This document shows, piece by piece, positions 37,741 to 47,313 of a stretch of DNA of 64,000 bases; the stretch's first letter is position 1; each line of letters opens with the position of its first letter. The stretch lies in assembly GCA_023301565.1 (NCBI GenBank), contig JALZUO010000008.1, positions 106,030 through 170,029 on the forward strand. Direction: 5' to 3'. Source of the stretch: Oligoflexales bacterium. Lineage in GTDB: Bacteria > Bdellovibrionota_B > Oligoflexia > Oligoflexales > JALZUQ01. The position numbers were made by a program, and so were the translations under genes. Below the pieces are notes generated by a model that was given only the letters and a program-made list of their open reading frames with translations, was not told the DNA's origin and did no database searches.

Positions 37741-37784
37741 TAGGTTTGCGTACAGCCAGTATAATGAAGACAAGGAAATAAGTT

Positions 37785-38072
37785 ATGGCATCATCTGAAA
37801 ACCATGTATCGGTAAAAATGTACTGGATCATCTGTATTGTTCTGTGTGCAATTACGTTTTTGGAATGGGTGATTTTTCAGTTCGAGTCGATCCGCGTCAA
37901 TGCAATGATCATGGTCCCTGCTTTGCTCCTTATGTCTGTTGTGAAGTTTATCCTGGTTTGTGGGTGGTATATGCACCTTAAATATGACCATCCGGTTTTA
38001 AAGTATTATTATATGGCTGCATTCTTTCTTGCGACAGCCGTTATGATGGCTTTGGCCGTCTTGATGGGTTGA
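37785..38072 (+). CDS. ctaF: Cytochrome c oxidase subunit IV (small 3-TM subunit)
   Basis: 95 aa with 3 TM segments. Positioned directly after ctaE. 'KFILVCGWYMHLKYD' is typical of the prokaryotic subunit IV family. Confidence 0.7.
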   Translation: MASSENHVSVKMYWIICIVLCAITFLEWVIFQFESIRVNAMIMVPALLLMSVVKFILVCGWYMHLKYDHPVLKYYYMAAFFLATAVMMALAVLMG

Positions 38073-38078
38073 TGGATT

Positions 38079-39056
38079 TTGAGTTACAAAAGCCTGGTCT
38101 CTAAACGGAAAAATGGATTCTGCAGCTTGGTAGCTATTTTTTTGTCGGCCGTATTCCTGGCTACCACCGCTAAAGCAGATGGGATGTTTGACCCCTTACC
38201 TGAAGGGGTTTTTCAATATAAGTTTCCTTATGACCCGACGCTTTTCTTCTTTTTGGCCCTTGGGTTTTTCTATTTTCTAGCTTTGATGCGCTACAGAAAG
38301 TACGGAAAAACCCGGAAGCTTCCTGTCGCTTGGTGGCAGATTCTGAGCTTTTACAGCGGGCTTCTTGTGTTGATTGGTGTTTTGCTGCCTCCTATAGACC
38401 CTTGGTCAGATAGGCTGTTTTTTATCCATATGGTTCAGCATATGGCTATTACCCACGTCGGCGCTCCGCTCGTTAGTTTTGGCATCCCTTTTTTAGTGAT
38501 TTTACGCATTACCCCGGTGGCCTTTAAAAAGAACGTCTATATTCCTATGCTGCGGTCTTCGTGGGTGCAAAAGTTTTGGTGGTTGATCACGCATCCGCTG
38601 GTAGCTCTGGCTTTGTTTGAGTTTAGCTACTGGATTTGGCATTTGCCGTACTTTTACAATTTAGCTCTTTTAAATGACTTTTGGCATTTGCTCGAACACT
38701 CTTGCATGGCAGCAACCTCTATCTTGCTTTGGCGAAACATCATCACTCCAGCTCCGATCAAAGCACGGATATCTCTGCCTACGCGGCTTCTTTACATTGC
38801 TATTATTATGGCAGCTAATATCGTACTCAGTTTCATCCTGACTTTTTCAGAAGAGGTTTTATATGCCTACCAGGGTGTCCCGCAACCTGAATGGTGGACG
38901 TGGGGTTATCTTCAGGACCAGCAGCTTGGTGGCCTGATTATGTGGGTACCAGGCGGTATATTAGAATTTATAGCTATGACTATTTGTTTCTTTACCTGGG
39001 TGCACTTTGAAAATGAAAAGGACCGCGTGCGCATTCGCGAAAAGTCAGGGAAATAG
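38079..39056 (+). CDS. ctaG: Cytochrome c oxidase assembly factor CtaG (Caa3_CtaG family membrane protein)
   Basis: Polytopic protein with 'FFIHMVQHMAITHVGAPL' and 'HLLEHSCM'. Last gene of the oxidase operon. Confidence 0.7.
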   Translation: MSYKSLVSKRKNGFCSLVAIFLSAVFLATTAKADGMFDPLPEGVFQYKFPYDPTLFFFLALGFFYFLALMRYRKYGKTRKLPVAWWQILSFYSGLLVLIGVLLPPIDPWSDRLFFIHMVQHMAITHVGAPLVSFGIPFLVILRITPVAFKKNVYIPMLRSSWVQKFWWLITHPLVALALFEFSYWIWHLPYFYNLALLNDFWHLLEHSCMAATSILLWRNIITPAPIKARISLPTRLLYIAIIMAANIVLSFILTFSEEVLYAYQGVPQPEWWTWGYLQDQQLGGLIMWVPGGILEFIAMTICFFTWVHFENEKDRVRIREKSGK

Positions 39057-39092
39057 ACACATATTAAACCAGCTTTTGCTTTGGCCAAGGGT

Positions 39093-39833
39093 CTAACGCA
39101 ATATTCTAATCTGATCAGGTAGTTTGTGTTCAGCTTGAACAAGTGGCTGATCCAAGTGTTTTTCTAATTCTTTTGATACTTTATCTACAGCATACTCAAA
39201 CCCATAGGAGAGGCCGTTTTTCTTGGTTTTTGCATGTATGCTGCCTACGATCTCCACCCACTGCTCATCGGTGATTTTACTACGCACTATCTCGTCGCAG
39301 ACCACAGCCACCCTGCGTTCAAGCAAAGAAAACATGATCAGCACTCCGTTTTGATTTGGGTACCGGCCTAGGCCAGAGCGAAAGAATTCTAAAGCTGCCC
39401 TTTTTTCCACATTGTGGCAACGGTCTTGAAACGGCGTAAACAGGCGGCGTAGATAGGCTAGCTTTGAAAGAGCAATCGATGCGGGCCAGAGTATGATCAT
39501 GGCTGCGATGAAAAGCCTAATCTGCCATCCGCCACCCCATGTATACACAAAAGAAATATCAAGTTTTGCTAGGTAGAGGGCTGGAATCAAAAAAAGTACA
39601 GAGCTCAAATACAACGCAAGCGGCACGTGTCCAATCGGAGAGCTCCTTGCGACGAGCATGGGAACGCACTCGACGTGCAGGGATTGCTCAAGGCTATTGA
39701 TTTTTTTTTCAATGCGTTGTGACAGTTCGGAGGTTATGACAGGTCTTGCCCACGTAGGTATCGTGCGCTCGACGCGAGCGGTTTTCTTCTTTTGCACCTT
39801 AGCAATCTCTACTTTGTTTTCTTTTTTTACCAT
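39093..39833 (-). CDS. TPM-domain membrane protein (second of a pair)
   Basis: Two TM segments followed by 'NGVLIMFSLLERRVAVVCDEIV...EQWVEIV', typical of the TPM (TLP18.3/Psb32/MOLO-1) fold. Overlaps the upstream TPM gene by 7 nt. Confidence 0.6.
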   Translation of the reverse strand: MVKKENKVEIAKVQKKKTARVERTIPTWARPVITSELSQRIEKKINSLEQSLHVECVPMLVARSSPIGHVPLALYLSSVLFLIPALYLAKLDISFVYTWGGGWQIRLFIAAMIILWPASIALSKLAYLRRLFTPFQDRCHNVEKRAALEFFRSGLGRYPNQNGVLIMFSLLERRVAVVCDEIVRSKITDEQWVEIVGSIHAKTKKNGLSYGFEYAVDKVSKELEKHLDQPLVQAEHKLPDQIRILR

Positions 39834-40603
39834 GAGCCACTCGCCCCGCCGCCGCCAAAACTTCCACCACGGCCAATGCTACAGCTAGAAACTCGTGCTG
39901 TATTCGAGGGATTATCACTCCAATATTCTCTTTCGCCATCAAAACCATCTACAGGTGTATAGCGGCGCCCACGTGTTTGCCTGGTTGAGCCGCGGAATAT
40001 ACTTAAAAATAAAATCAAAAAGAACATGGCAACGGAGATAGGCTCTCCTGCCTTCCAAGAGTGGGCCCTAGGGCTAAGTTGCCAAGCCTGTGGGATTTGC
40101 TGGCGAAACTTTGATTCAGTTGGGATCTCTTCTAGCGCTCGGTAAATGGCGCCTTCGACACCTTTTTGAAAGTTGCCAACCCGAAACTCTGGAAGCATAA
40201 ATTGATGGATTAAGTCCCGTGATATGGGCGGAGTGATTCTATTTTCTAAGCCGTAGCCTACCTCAACCCGAACCTTGCGTTCGGCTTTTGCAATGACAAT
40301 CAAAACCCCATCGTCCTTATCGGCTCTGCCAAGCTTCCAAGACCGTGCAACGGATAGACTCCAGCTTTCTATGGAGTCGCCTCGGAGGTCTTCAATCGTT
40401 AAAACCGCAATCTGTGGCCCGCCGGCTTCAAATATTCTCTTTAGCTTTGCTGCCAGACTACTGGGCTCTTTTAAAAGCTTTGCTTGATCTACCACGTAGC
40501 TGGTCATGGCTGGGGCTAGAGGCAGAGCTGCAAGGACTTGGCCAGGCAGTTTAAGGAAGCACACTATCAGTATAGTTAAAAATGAAAACTTACTTCTTTG
40601 CAT
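39827..40603 (-). CDS. TPM-domain protein, YgcG-like (signal peptide, C-terminal TM + Gly-rich tail)
   Basis: 'VVDQAKLL...PQIAVLTIEDLRGDSIESWSLSVARSWKLGRADKDDGVLIVIAKAERKVRVEVGYGLE' and the tail 'GGSFGGGGASGSW'. Confidence 0.75.
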   Translation of the reverse strand: MQRSKFSFLTILIVCFLKLPGQVLAALPLAPAMTSYVVDQAKLLKEPSSLAAKLKRIFEAGGPQIAVLTIEDLRGDSIESWSLSVARSWKLGRADKDDGVLIVIAKAERKVRVEVGYGLENRITPPISRDLIHQFMLPEFRVGNFQKGVEGAIYRALEEIPTESKFRQQIPQAWQLSPRAHSWKAGEPISVAMFFLILFLSIFRGSTRQTRGRRYTPVDGFDGEREYWSDNPSNTARVSSCSIGRGGSFGGGGASGSW

Positions 40604-40612
40604 GGGCTCACC

Positions 40613-41569
40613 CTAAGATATCAAAAACGGAACAGCTAAAGCTATGGTAACACTTACGGCAAGACCAATGGCACCTTTAACAATATCCCGGCCGCAGGTA
40701 GCAAAAACATCCCGGTTGGATTTGTTGGTGTGGGCTTTGACAATCAAAAGGCCAATTTCTCGGCCGGCTAATACACCTAGAAAAACCCAGGTCGTAGACA
40801 TCGGGATGTTAGAAAGCCCTTTGAAAATATAAAGAGTGACGGCATAGACCATATCGATAAAGGTAGCGACACGTACATCATGCATTTGGGTTTTTTCGTC
40901 GATGACCTTTTGGATTTTTCCACCTCTGGAATAAAAGACATAAGCCATAAGGGTGCACAAAAAAATTAGGGAAAAGGCCAAGTGTAGAGCTTCGAGCTCT
41001 CTGGGTAAAAACACGTAGATGTTTGCCAGGTCTTGCACGAGCCATTGCCCCCAGAGGACGCCCGTTGTAAGCCACTGTATCGCCATCCAGTAAGGTTTGG
41101 ATGCCCTGGAGATCGGTTTTTTAGTTACGTTTCCTAGCACCGAGCGGACAAAGACTACGGTGACCATTCCAAAGCCAAAGGCGACAACGTAGCCGAGCAA
41201 AGACTTCTGCAGCATGCTAGGGATGGCTTTGGCGCTAAAAATAGATAAGATCAAAAAAGTCGTGCTGACGGGCATACCAAGCCGGGTCAGTATCATTAGG
41301 CTAATAGGAGCTAGCAGATACCACACAGAAAGAGACTCAGGCAAAGGTATCGAATCGAGCCTTCCATAACTCACATCACCGGCATTGATTGACCACCCGT
41401 ACAGAATAGAAACACAAAGAATGGATGATCCAAAGGCCCACAAAAGCCACCAGGGGCGTTGCCTGTTTGAAGACAAAAAAGTACCGAGGGTTTGAATTGA
41501 GTCGTTTGCAATCACCGAGTAGGCTGCAAGTCCAAACCCTATAATGCCAACTAAAGAATAAGGTTCCAT
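40613..41569 (-). CDS. PiT (PHO4)-superfamily-like permease, divergent
   Basis: Polytopic protein. 'VIANDSIQTLGTF' resembles the PiT 'GANDVAN' signature. Two 'P(V/M)STT' repeats ('MPVSTTFLILS', 'IPMSTTWVFLGVLAGREIG'). Assigned from motifs only. Confidence 0.45.
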   Translation of the reverse strand: MEPYSLVGIIGFGLAAYSVIANDSIQTLGTFLSSNRQRPWWLLWAFGSSILCVSILYGWSINAGDVSYGRLDSIPLPESLSVWYLLAPISLMILTRLGMPVSTTFLILSIFSAKAIPSMLQKSLLGYVVAFGFGMVTVVFVRSVLGNVTKKPISRASKPYWMAIQWLTTGVLWGQWLVQDLANIYVFLPRELEALHLAFSLIFLCTLMAYVFYSRGGKIQKVIDEKTQMHDVRVATFIDMVYAVTLYIFKGLSNIPMSTTWVFLGVLAGREIGLLIVKAHTNKSNRDVFATCGRDIVKGAIGLAVSVTIALAVPFLIS

Positions 41570-41571
41570 TA

Positions 41572-42699
41572 TTATTTGTCTTTCAACTTAATTGGCCCGA
41601 ATGCTTTCTCGAACAGTTTTTGCCGTTTGTTTACTACCTTGTCTCTGCCACTTAAGTATCTATAAGTGTTGTATTTGAGAGGGGCTTTTTTATAATAATC
41701 CTGGTGATAGTCTTCGGCTTTGTAAAAAACCGAACTACGAAGGATGTTGGTTTGTATCTTTCGTTCGAAAACTGCAGATGAATCCAGCTTATCTCGGCTT
41801 TGCGTCGCTGCTAGCTTTTCTTCTTGATTTCCATAATAGATGATTGGCTTATACTGAGAGCCACGGTCACCGAACTGCCCCCCGCCATCGGTTGCATCAT
41901 GGTGTACCCAAAAATATTCCACCAGGTCTGCATAGCTTATCTGGCTACTGTCATAGGTTACTTCTACGACTTCCACATGTTTGGTTTTTCCAGAGGACAC
42001 AGCTTTGTAATCTGCAGTCGACGACCCTCCCCCCATGTAGCCTGAGGTAACAGCTAGAATGCCTTGCGCAATTTTTTCAAAGTCTTTTTCTACGCACCAA
42101 AAACACCCACCAGCAAAATAAGCTTTGCCTTCTTTTTTTGTCGCAGGTTTTTTATCTAGGTTTTTTTTATCCATTTTCTTTCCTTTTGAAATACTTCTAC
42201 CAAACAGAGAGAGGAACTCACCATAACCTTTTTGTTTTAACTGACCCACAGGGATAAAAAATAAAGAGGCGCTATTTAGACAATATCGTAGCCCGGTAGG
42301 TTTGGGTCCGTCGTTAAAGACATGTCCCAGGTGGCTATCTGCGATAGAGCTTCGAACCTCTGTTCTTTTAGAAAACAATTTATAGTCAGACTTTTCTTTC
42401 AACTTGATACCAGGCAAAGGACGAGTGAAAGATGGCCAGCCCGTTCCTGACTTAAATTTGTCGGTTGAGCTAAACAAAGGTTCGCCAGAGACAATATCGA
42501 CATAAATCCCAGCATCTTTGTGGTTCCAATACTTATTTTTAAAGGGAGTTTCGGTGCCGTCGCGCTGCGTGACCTGAAACTGTATTTTAGAAAGCTTTTT
42601 TTTCAATTCAGCTTCACTGGGCTTCTTGAACTTGTGAGAAGCATACAAGGGTGAAAACGTGAACAAAAGAAGGGTCGCGATAAAGTATAGTTTTTTCAC
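41572..42699 (-). CDS. msrBA: Secreted bifunctional methionine sulfoxide reductase, MsrB-MsrA fusion
   Basis: Signal peptide. MsrB motifs 'GTGWPSF' and 'RYCLNS'. MsrA motif 'AGGCFWCVE' and 'YHQDYY'. Confidence 0.9.
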   Translation of the reverse strand: MKKLYFIATLLLFTFSPLYASHKFKKPSEAELKKKLSKIQFQVTQRDGTETPFKNKYWNHKDAGIYVDIVSGEPLFSSTDKFKSGTGWPSFTRPLPGIKLKEKSDYKLFSKRTEVRSSIADSHLGHVFNDGPKPTGLRYCLNSASLFFIPVGQLKQKGYGEFLSLFGRSISKGKKMDKKNLDKKPATKKEGKAYFAGGCFWCVEKDFEKIAQGILAVTSGYMGGGSSTADYKAVSSGKTKHVEVVEVTYDSSQISYADLVEYFWVHHDATDGGGQFGDRGSQYKPIIYYGNQEEKLAATQSRDKLDSSAVFERKIQTNILRSSVFYKAEDYHQDYYKKAPLKYNTYRYLSGRDKVVNKRQKLFEKAFGPIKLKDK

Positions 42700-42727
42700 T
42701 GAAATATTCTTCCTTTTAGGTTGTACG

Positions 42728-43195
42728 CTAGTTTAGCTGGTTTATAGTTAATTTGCTTGGTCCGGGTATTTTCCAGGCTCCTGCAATTTGCTGCGCAGGC
42801 TTTATGACAAAGTCTCTTTTAGAAAACTCTTTGTGTGGGATAGTTAAATTTGGCTGATTGATTGCAATGGCTGTGCCATCTTTGTGCCTCGCTAAAACAA
42901 TATCTATGTCGCACGTGCGGTCACCCCACCGAATACTTCTTTTCCTCCCAAGGCGAATTTCTATTTTATGGATTTCTCTGAGTAATTGCTCAGGGTCAAG
43001 CTGTGTCTGGTAAGTGATGCAGCTATTTATATAGTTTCTCGAACCCGGCCCTATGGGTGTGGTCTCGAGCCTAGAGGATTCTTTTATGGTTTGGCCTGAG
43101 CTAGCAAGTGCATCAATTGCAGCGTCTAGGTATTGCGATCGGTCTCCCAGGTTTGACCCAAGAGCTAACAGGTATTCATAGGTGAAAGCAGCCAT
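42728..43195 (-). CDS. folK: 2-amino-4-hydroxy-6-hydroxymethyldihydropteridine pyrophosphokinase
   Basis: '[11 protein letters not shown]' and '[12 protein letters not shown]'. I moved the start to the Met of 'MAAFTYEY' (43195). The 62-codon upstream extension in the track has no HPPK counterpart. Confidence 0.85.
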   Translation of the reverse strand: MAAFTYEYLLALGSNLGDRSQYLDAAIDALASSGQTIKESSRLETTPIGPGSRNYINSCITYQTQLDPEQLLREIHKIEIRLGRKRSIRWGDRTCDIDIVLARHKDGTAIAINQPNLTIPHKEFSKRDFVIKPAQQIAGAWKIPGPSKLTINQLN

Positions 43196-43426
43196 TTTTT
43201 TTCTATCCAAGTACTTGTCTGGGACAAACTTATACCAAGGTGATTTGCCAATGCAATGGTTCTCGCTACAAACCCTGCAAATGCCCCTTTTTTGTATGGA
43301 AGTAATGATCGTTGTTTTAAAAGTGTTTAAAAAACAGGGGGTTAAAGAACATTTCGAGCAATTTTGGCCAAAATATGGCAAACAAGAGGGAAGTCGGTAT
43401 AAATTGAGGGACCTATATAGAGGTCT

Positions 43427-44602
43427 GTGACCGACGCGAGAAGGCAGTCTAAGATGATTTTTATCACTTCCGGTGATCCATATAGCATAAACTTGGAAAT
43501 ACTAGGCAAGGCGCTGCGAAGTGACCCTGCGTTGCTCCGAGAGCGTACACTTATACTTTGCGGCCCTAGGTCTGTGATTTCTAGTCAGTCTGTAAACTTA
43601 AATTTAAACTTGGACCTACAAGAGTTTTCTCCCGGGGATCTGCCGACAAAACCAGGCTTGTACTTGTTTGACACTTCACCTTTTTTAAAAAGTGCCTCTG
43701 AGGTTGACCTTGCTCAGCCAGCACACCGAATGGCAGCTGAGCTTCGAGGGCAAATTGCTTTAAGTGGGCTCTATGGTTTTGAAAAGCTATATCGCGACTC
43801 GAAGCAGATGCAGTCTTTGAAAAGCTTATTTTGTGTGATCACACTACCCATTGATAAGTATGCGTGTATTCAAGCAGGGTTTCCTTTTAGAGGGCACACC
43901 GAATATTTTGGTGCTTTATGGGGCGGAAGCCCTCTAATGACCCTTGCTTATAGAGATGTCCGAGTGGCGCTTGCTACGACCCATATTCCTGTCGCTGAGA
44001 TTGCTAAGACTCTTACAAGAGAACATCTCATCGAAAAGCTAAGAAGTGTCCAAACTGCTTTGCGCTCTCAACTCGGTATTGTAAGGCCGCAAATTTTAGT
44101 TTGTGGCCTAAACCCTCACTCTGGAGATCAGGGTGCCATTGGCCGTGAAGAGCTAGATGTTTTGTGTCCGGCGTTGGACCAGGTGCGAGCCGAAGGGCAA
44201 GCAGATTTTATTGGCCCCGTATCGGGAGACACAGCTTTTTACCTGTATCATAAGCTTGGCTGTGATGCGATGCTGGCGATGTATCACGACCAGGGCTTAG
44301 CCCCGTTAAAGGCCGTGTATTTTGATTCGTCTGTAAACATGACCCTAGGCTTAAAACACTTTCGCATTAGCCCTGACCATGGCCCTGCACAAGATATCTT
44401 TGGAGAAGATGTGGCAAGCGAGTCAAGTTTAGAAGAGTGCTTTAGGGCTTCTACTTTGTTTCTTGATCATCACCGTCCGGAGGCAGCGACATTCGGTCGT
44501 GCCAGCGGAAGGAGCGTGTCCTTGCAAAAAAATATTTCTGCCGAAAACAACGTCATTCCATTCCCTATTAGAAACTTAGGAATAGTAAAAAAACCAGACT
44601 AA
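43427..44602 (+). CDS. pdxA: 4-hydroxythreonine-4-phosphate dehydrogenase, with a ~45-aa C-terminal extension
   Basis: 'ITSGDPYSINLEI', 'GHTEYF', 'GLNPHSGDQGAIG' and 'AMYHDQGL'. GTG start. Confidence 0.85.
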   Translation: MTDARRQSKMIFITSGDPYSINLEILGKALRSDPALLRERTLILCGPRSVISSQSVNLNLNLDLQEFSPGDLPTKPGLYLFDTSPFLKSASEVDLAQPAHRMAAELRGQIALSGLYGFEKLYRDSKQMQSLKSLFCVITLPIDKYACIQAGFPFRGHTEYFGALWGGSPLMTLAYRDVRVALATTHIPVAEIAKTLTREHLIEKLRSVQTALRSQLGIVRPQILVCGLNPHSGDQGAIGREELDVLCPALDQVRAEGQADFIGPVSGDTAFYLYHKLGCDAMLAMYHDQGLAPLKAVYFDSSVNMTLGLKHFRISPDHGPAQDIFGEDVASESSLEECFRASTLFLDHHRPEAATFGRASGRSVSLQKNISAENNVIPFPIRNLGIVKKPD

Positions 44603-44635
44603 ACCAGGCGAAAACAGACTTAGGATGAATCTCGC

Positions 44636-47182
44636 ATGCAAAGTATTGATGTTCAAAACGCAGCAGAAAACAACTTGCAGGGGATTGATGTTCAAATCCC
44701 CCGAGGAAAGATAACCGTCGTCACCGGTGTGAGTGGAAGCGGCAAGAGCAGCCTTGCTTTTGATACGATCTATGCCGAGGCCCAGCGAAGGTTTGTGAAT
44801 ACTCTTTCGCATTATAGCCGCCAATTTTTGGATTTATCGCAAAAACCAAAAGTAGGTAGGATTTCGGGGCTCAGCCCTTCTATATCTATTGCGCAAAATG
44901 AAACAGCTCCTTCCCGGTTAGCAAGCGTCGCTTCGCAGACAGACCTTGGAGAGTTGTACGGGGTGTTGTTCTCTAGGCATGGCGAGAGGTTTTGTCCAAA
45001 GCACGACTTGCCCTCTCAAGATAGGACTGTAAGTGATATTGCGCAAAATATTTTAGACTCTGCCAAGTCTAAGCTTGTCCAGATTATTTTACCTTTTGTT
45101 CATGAGAAAAAAGGTCACTTTCGCAAGCAGCTCGAAGCCTTTGCAAAGTCAGGGTTTGTTAAGGCATGGATTGACGGTGAGCTGGTTAGTTTGATCGATA
45201 CTCCAAGCCTTGATAAAAACCACAAACACACTATCGAGATAGTGGTCGATTCAATCCGCGTTAAGAAAGTAGATCAAAGGCTTTTGTTAGCCATCGAAAA
45301 AGCAATAGAAGCCAGTGTTGACGGTATAGGTGCTTGGCAGCTCGTGGATGCGCATAAGCAAAAAGACGGAGAAGCCAAACTCTTTTCGACGCGCTCTGGT
45401 TGCCCAGAGTGTGGCTATACATGGCCAAAGCTTGATCCTAGGTATTTTTCTTCTAACTCAGTTGGGAAGTGCAAAGATTGCGAGGGTTGGGGTGAGTACT
45501 ATGTTGGAGACCATGAGGGGGATGAAGAAGTAGACCTTGTGGTTTGCGACGGGGTCTGTGAAAGCTGCGAGGGTACAGGGATTGCCAGTCGCATGCAGTA
45601 TGTAACATTAGGTGAGGTAGGGGTGCAGGAACTCTACCAATGGACTTTGCAAGAAATTAGAGATGAATATTTACCAGAGCTAGAAAAGCAGATTTCAGGT
45701 TATCCCGCCGCAGCCAGAGTGCTCGAGCAAATAAAGTCTCGGCTCGACAGGCTCTTGTCGATTGGTCTAGGCTATCTTAGTTTGGCTAGGCGTCTTTCGA
45801 GTTTATCTACAGGGGAAATGCAGCGACTCCGGCTTGCAAACCTATTTAGTGAAAACCTGCATGGCGTGCTTTATGTGCTTGATGAACCCTCGCAAGGTCT
45901 GCACCCAACAGAGGTCGATCAGGTCTGGGACGTGGTTCAATCGCTTAAAGATAGTGGTAATACCATTTTACTTATTGACCATGACCTGCAGATGATTGAG
46001 CGGGCCGACTATGTCCTGGATATGGGGCCTGGTGGGGGTAAAGATGGTGGGACTTTGGTTGCTTGCTTTGACCCAAAACGTGCGAGTTCTTACAAGGATT
46101 TGAGCAAAACAGCTAGTTGGCTTGTTCGGCGCAAAAAAAAATCAAAACCAGAAGCCAAATCTGTCAGCGCCTTAAAAGTTAAAGACGCGTCCTTTCTAAA
46201 AATTATTTCGGCTACTGCAAATAACTTAGATATACCCGAAGCAAGTCTGCTTCTTGGTGGTCTTAACGTGGTCACGGGCGTATCCGGAGCTGGTAAAAGT
46301 TCGATGGTTGTCCAGGTTCTTTATGAAAACCTAAATAGACTTTTTAAGCTCAAACGCAAAAAAACTGTAGATGAAATGGAGTACTTTGATTGCGAGGCTA
46401 TTACTGGCACGGATAACTTGCAGTTTATCCATGCAATAACCCGTACGCCTATTTCTCGAAGTAGCGTTAGCATGCCGGCAACTTTTTTGGGGGTTACCGC
46501 GCATTTGCGTGAACTTTTTGCAAAGCTGCCGAATGCGCAAATCGCTGGGTTGACGCCCTCATCGTTTTCGATGAGCACAAAAGGTGGGCGCTGTGAAACC
46601 TGCAAGGGAAGAGGCGTTATGACGCTTTCGATGCGGTTTTTAGCAGATGCTAAGGTGACTTGCACCGACTGCGAAGGCCGCAGGTTTTTAGACCACGTTC
46701 TTGCTGTCGAATACAAAGGTAAAAGCTTTGATCAAATTCTTGAGATGACCATCGAAGAGGTTCTTGATTTTTTCGCACATCATCGCACCATCAATAAACG
46801 CCTACAGCCTGCTATCGAGCTAGGGTTAGGCTATTTAAAGATAGGCCAGCCGACGATGACCTTGTCGGGCGGCGAAGCACAACGCTTAAAGCTGACACCT
46901 TTTTTGAGCAAAACCCAAGGTAAAAAATCAATTTTAGTTTTAGAAGAACCTACTACGGGGCTGCACCCTTCAAACGTCCAAGACCTTTTGGGGGCTTTGC
47001 AAAAAATCAGAGACCTCGGCACGACTATTGTTGTGATCGAGCACAACACGGATTTGGTGCAAGCAGCAGATTGGATTGTAGATGTCGGGCCAGGTTCTGC
47101 AGACGGTGGCGGGAAGCTGGTATACGAGGGTACGCCTGCCGGGGTTTCTCGTTCTAAGTCTCTTCTGGCAAGCTATATCTAG
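44636..47182 (+). CDS. uvrA: UvrA-family excinuclease ATPase (848 aa) lacking the insertion domain
   Basis: Two ABC modules (Walker A 'GVSGSGKSS' and 'GVSGAGKSS'; signatures 'LSTGEMQRLRLA' and 'LSGGEAQRLKL'). Zinc modules 'CPECG...CKDCEGWG', 'CESCEGTG' and 'CETCKGRG...CTDCEG'. See the finding on this gene. Confidence 0.9.
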   Translation: MQSIDVQNAAENNLQGIDVQIPRGKITVVTGVSGSGKSSLAFDTIYAEAQRRFVNTLSHYSRQFLDLSQKPKVGRISGLSPSISIAQNETAPSRLASVASQTDLGELYGVLFSRHGERFCPKHDLPSQDRTVSDIAQNILDSAKSKLVQIILPFVHEKKGHFRKQLEAFAKSGFVKAWIDGELVSLIDTPSLDKNHKHTIEIVVDSIRVKKVDQRLLLAIEKAIEASVDGIGAWQLVDAHKQKDGEAKLFSTRSGCPECGYTWPKLDPRYFSSNSVGKCKDCEGWGEYYVGDHEGDEEVDLVVCDGVCESCEGTGIASRMQYVTLGEVGVQELYQWTLQEIRDEYLPELEKQISGYPAAARVLEQIKSRLDRLLSIGLGYLSLARRLSSLSTGEMQRLRLANLFSENLHGVLYVLDEPSQGLHPTEVDQVWDVVQSLKDSGNTILLIDHDLQMIERADYVLDMGPGGGKDGGTLVACFDPKRASSYKDLSKTASWLVRRKKKSKPEAKSVSALKVKDASFLKIISATANNLDIPEASLLLGGLNVVTGVSGAGKSSMVVQVLYENLNRLFKLKRKKTVDEMEYFDCEAITGTDNLQFIHAITRTPISRSSVSMPATFLGVTAHLRELFAKLPNAQIAGLTPSSFSMSTKGGRCETCKGRGVMTLSMRFLADAKVTCTDCEGRRFLDHVLAVEYKGKSFDQILEMTIEEVLDFFAHHRTINKRLQPAIELGLGYLKIGQPTMTLSGGEAQRLKLTPFLSKTQGKKSILVLEEPTTGLHPSNVQDLLGALQKIRDLGTTIVVIEHNTDLVQAADWIVDVGPGSADGGGKLVYEGTPAGVSRSKSLLASYI

Positions 47183-47313
47183 GTTTTGGAACGAAAATAG
47201 GGCTTAAAAACGTACAAACTATATGCGAAGTTAGGCTGGTAGTCACTTTTTTTTGGCTAAGTAGCTAAAAACAGGCGGTTTTAAAGTGGGCTCGCATTTG
47301 CATATATAGCTAT

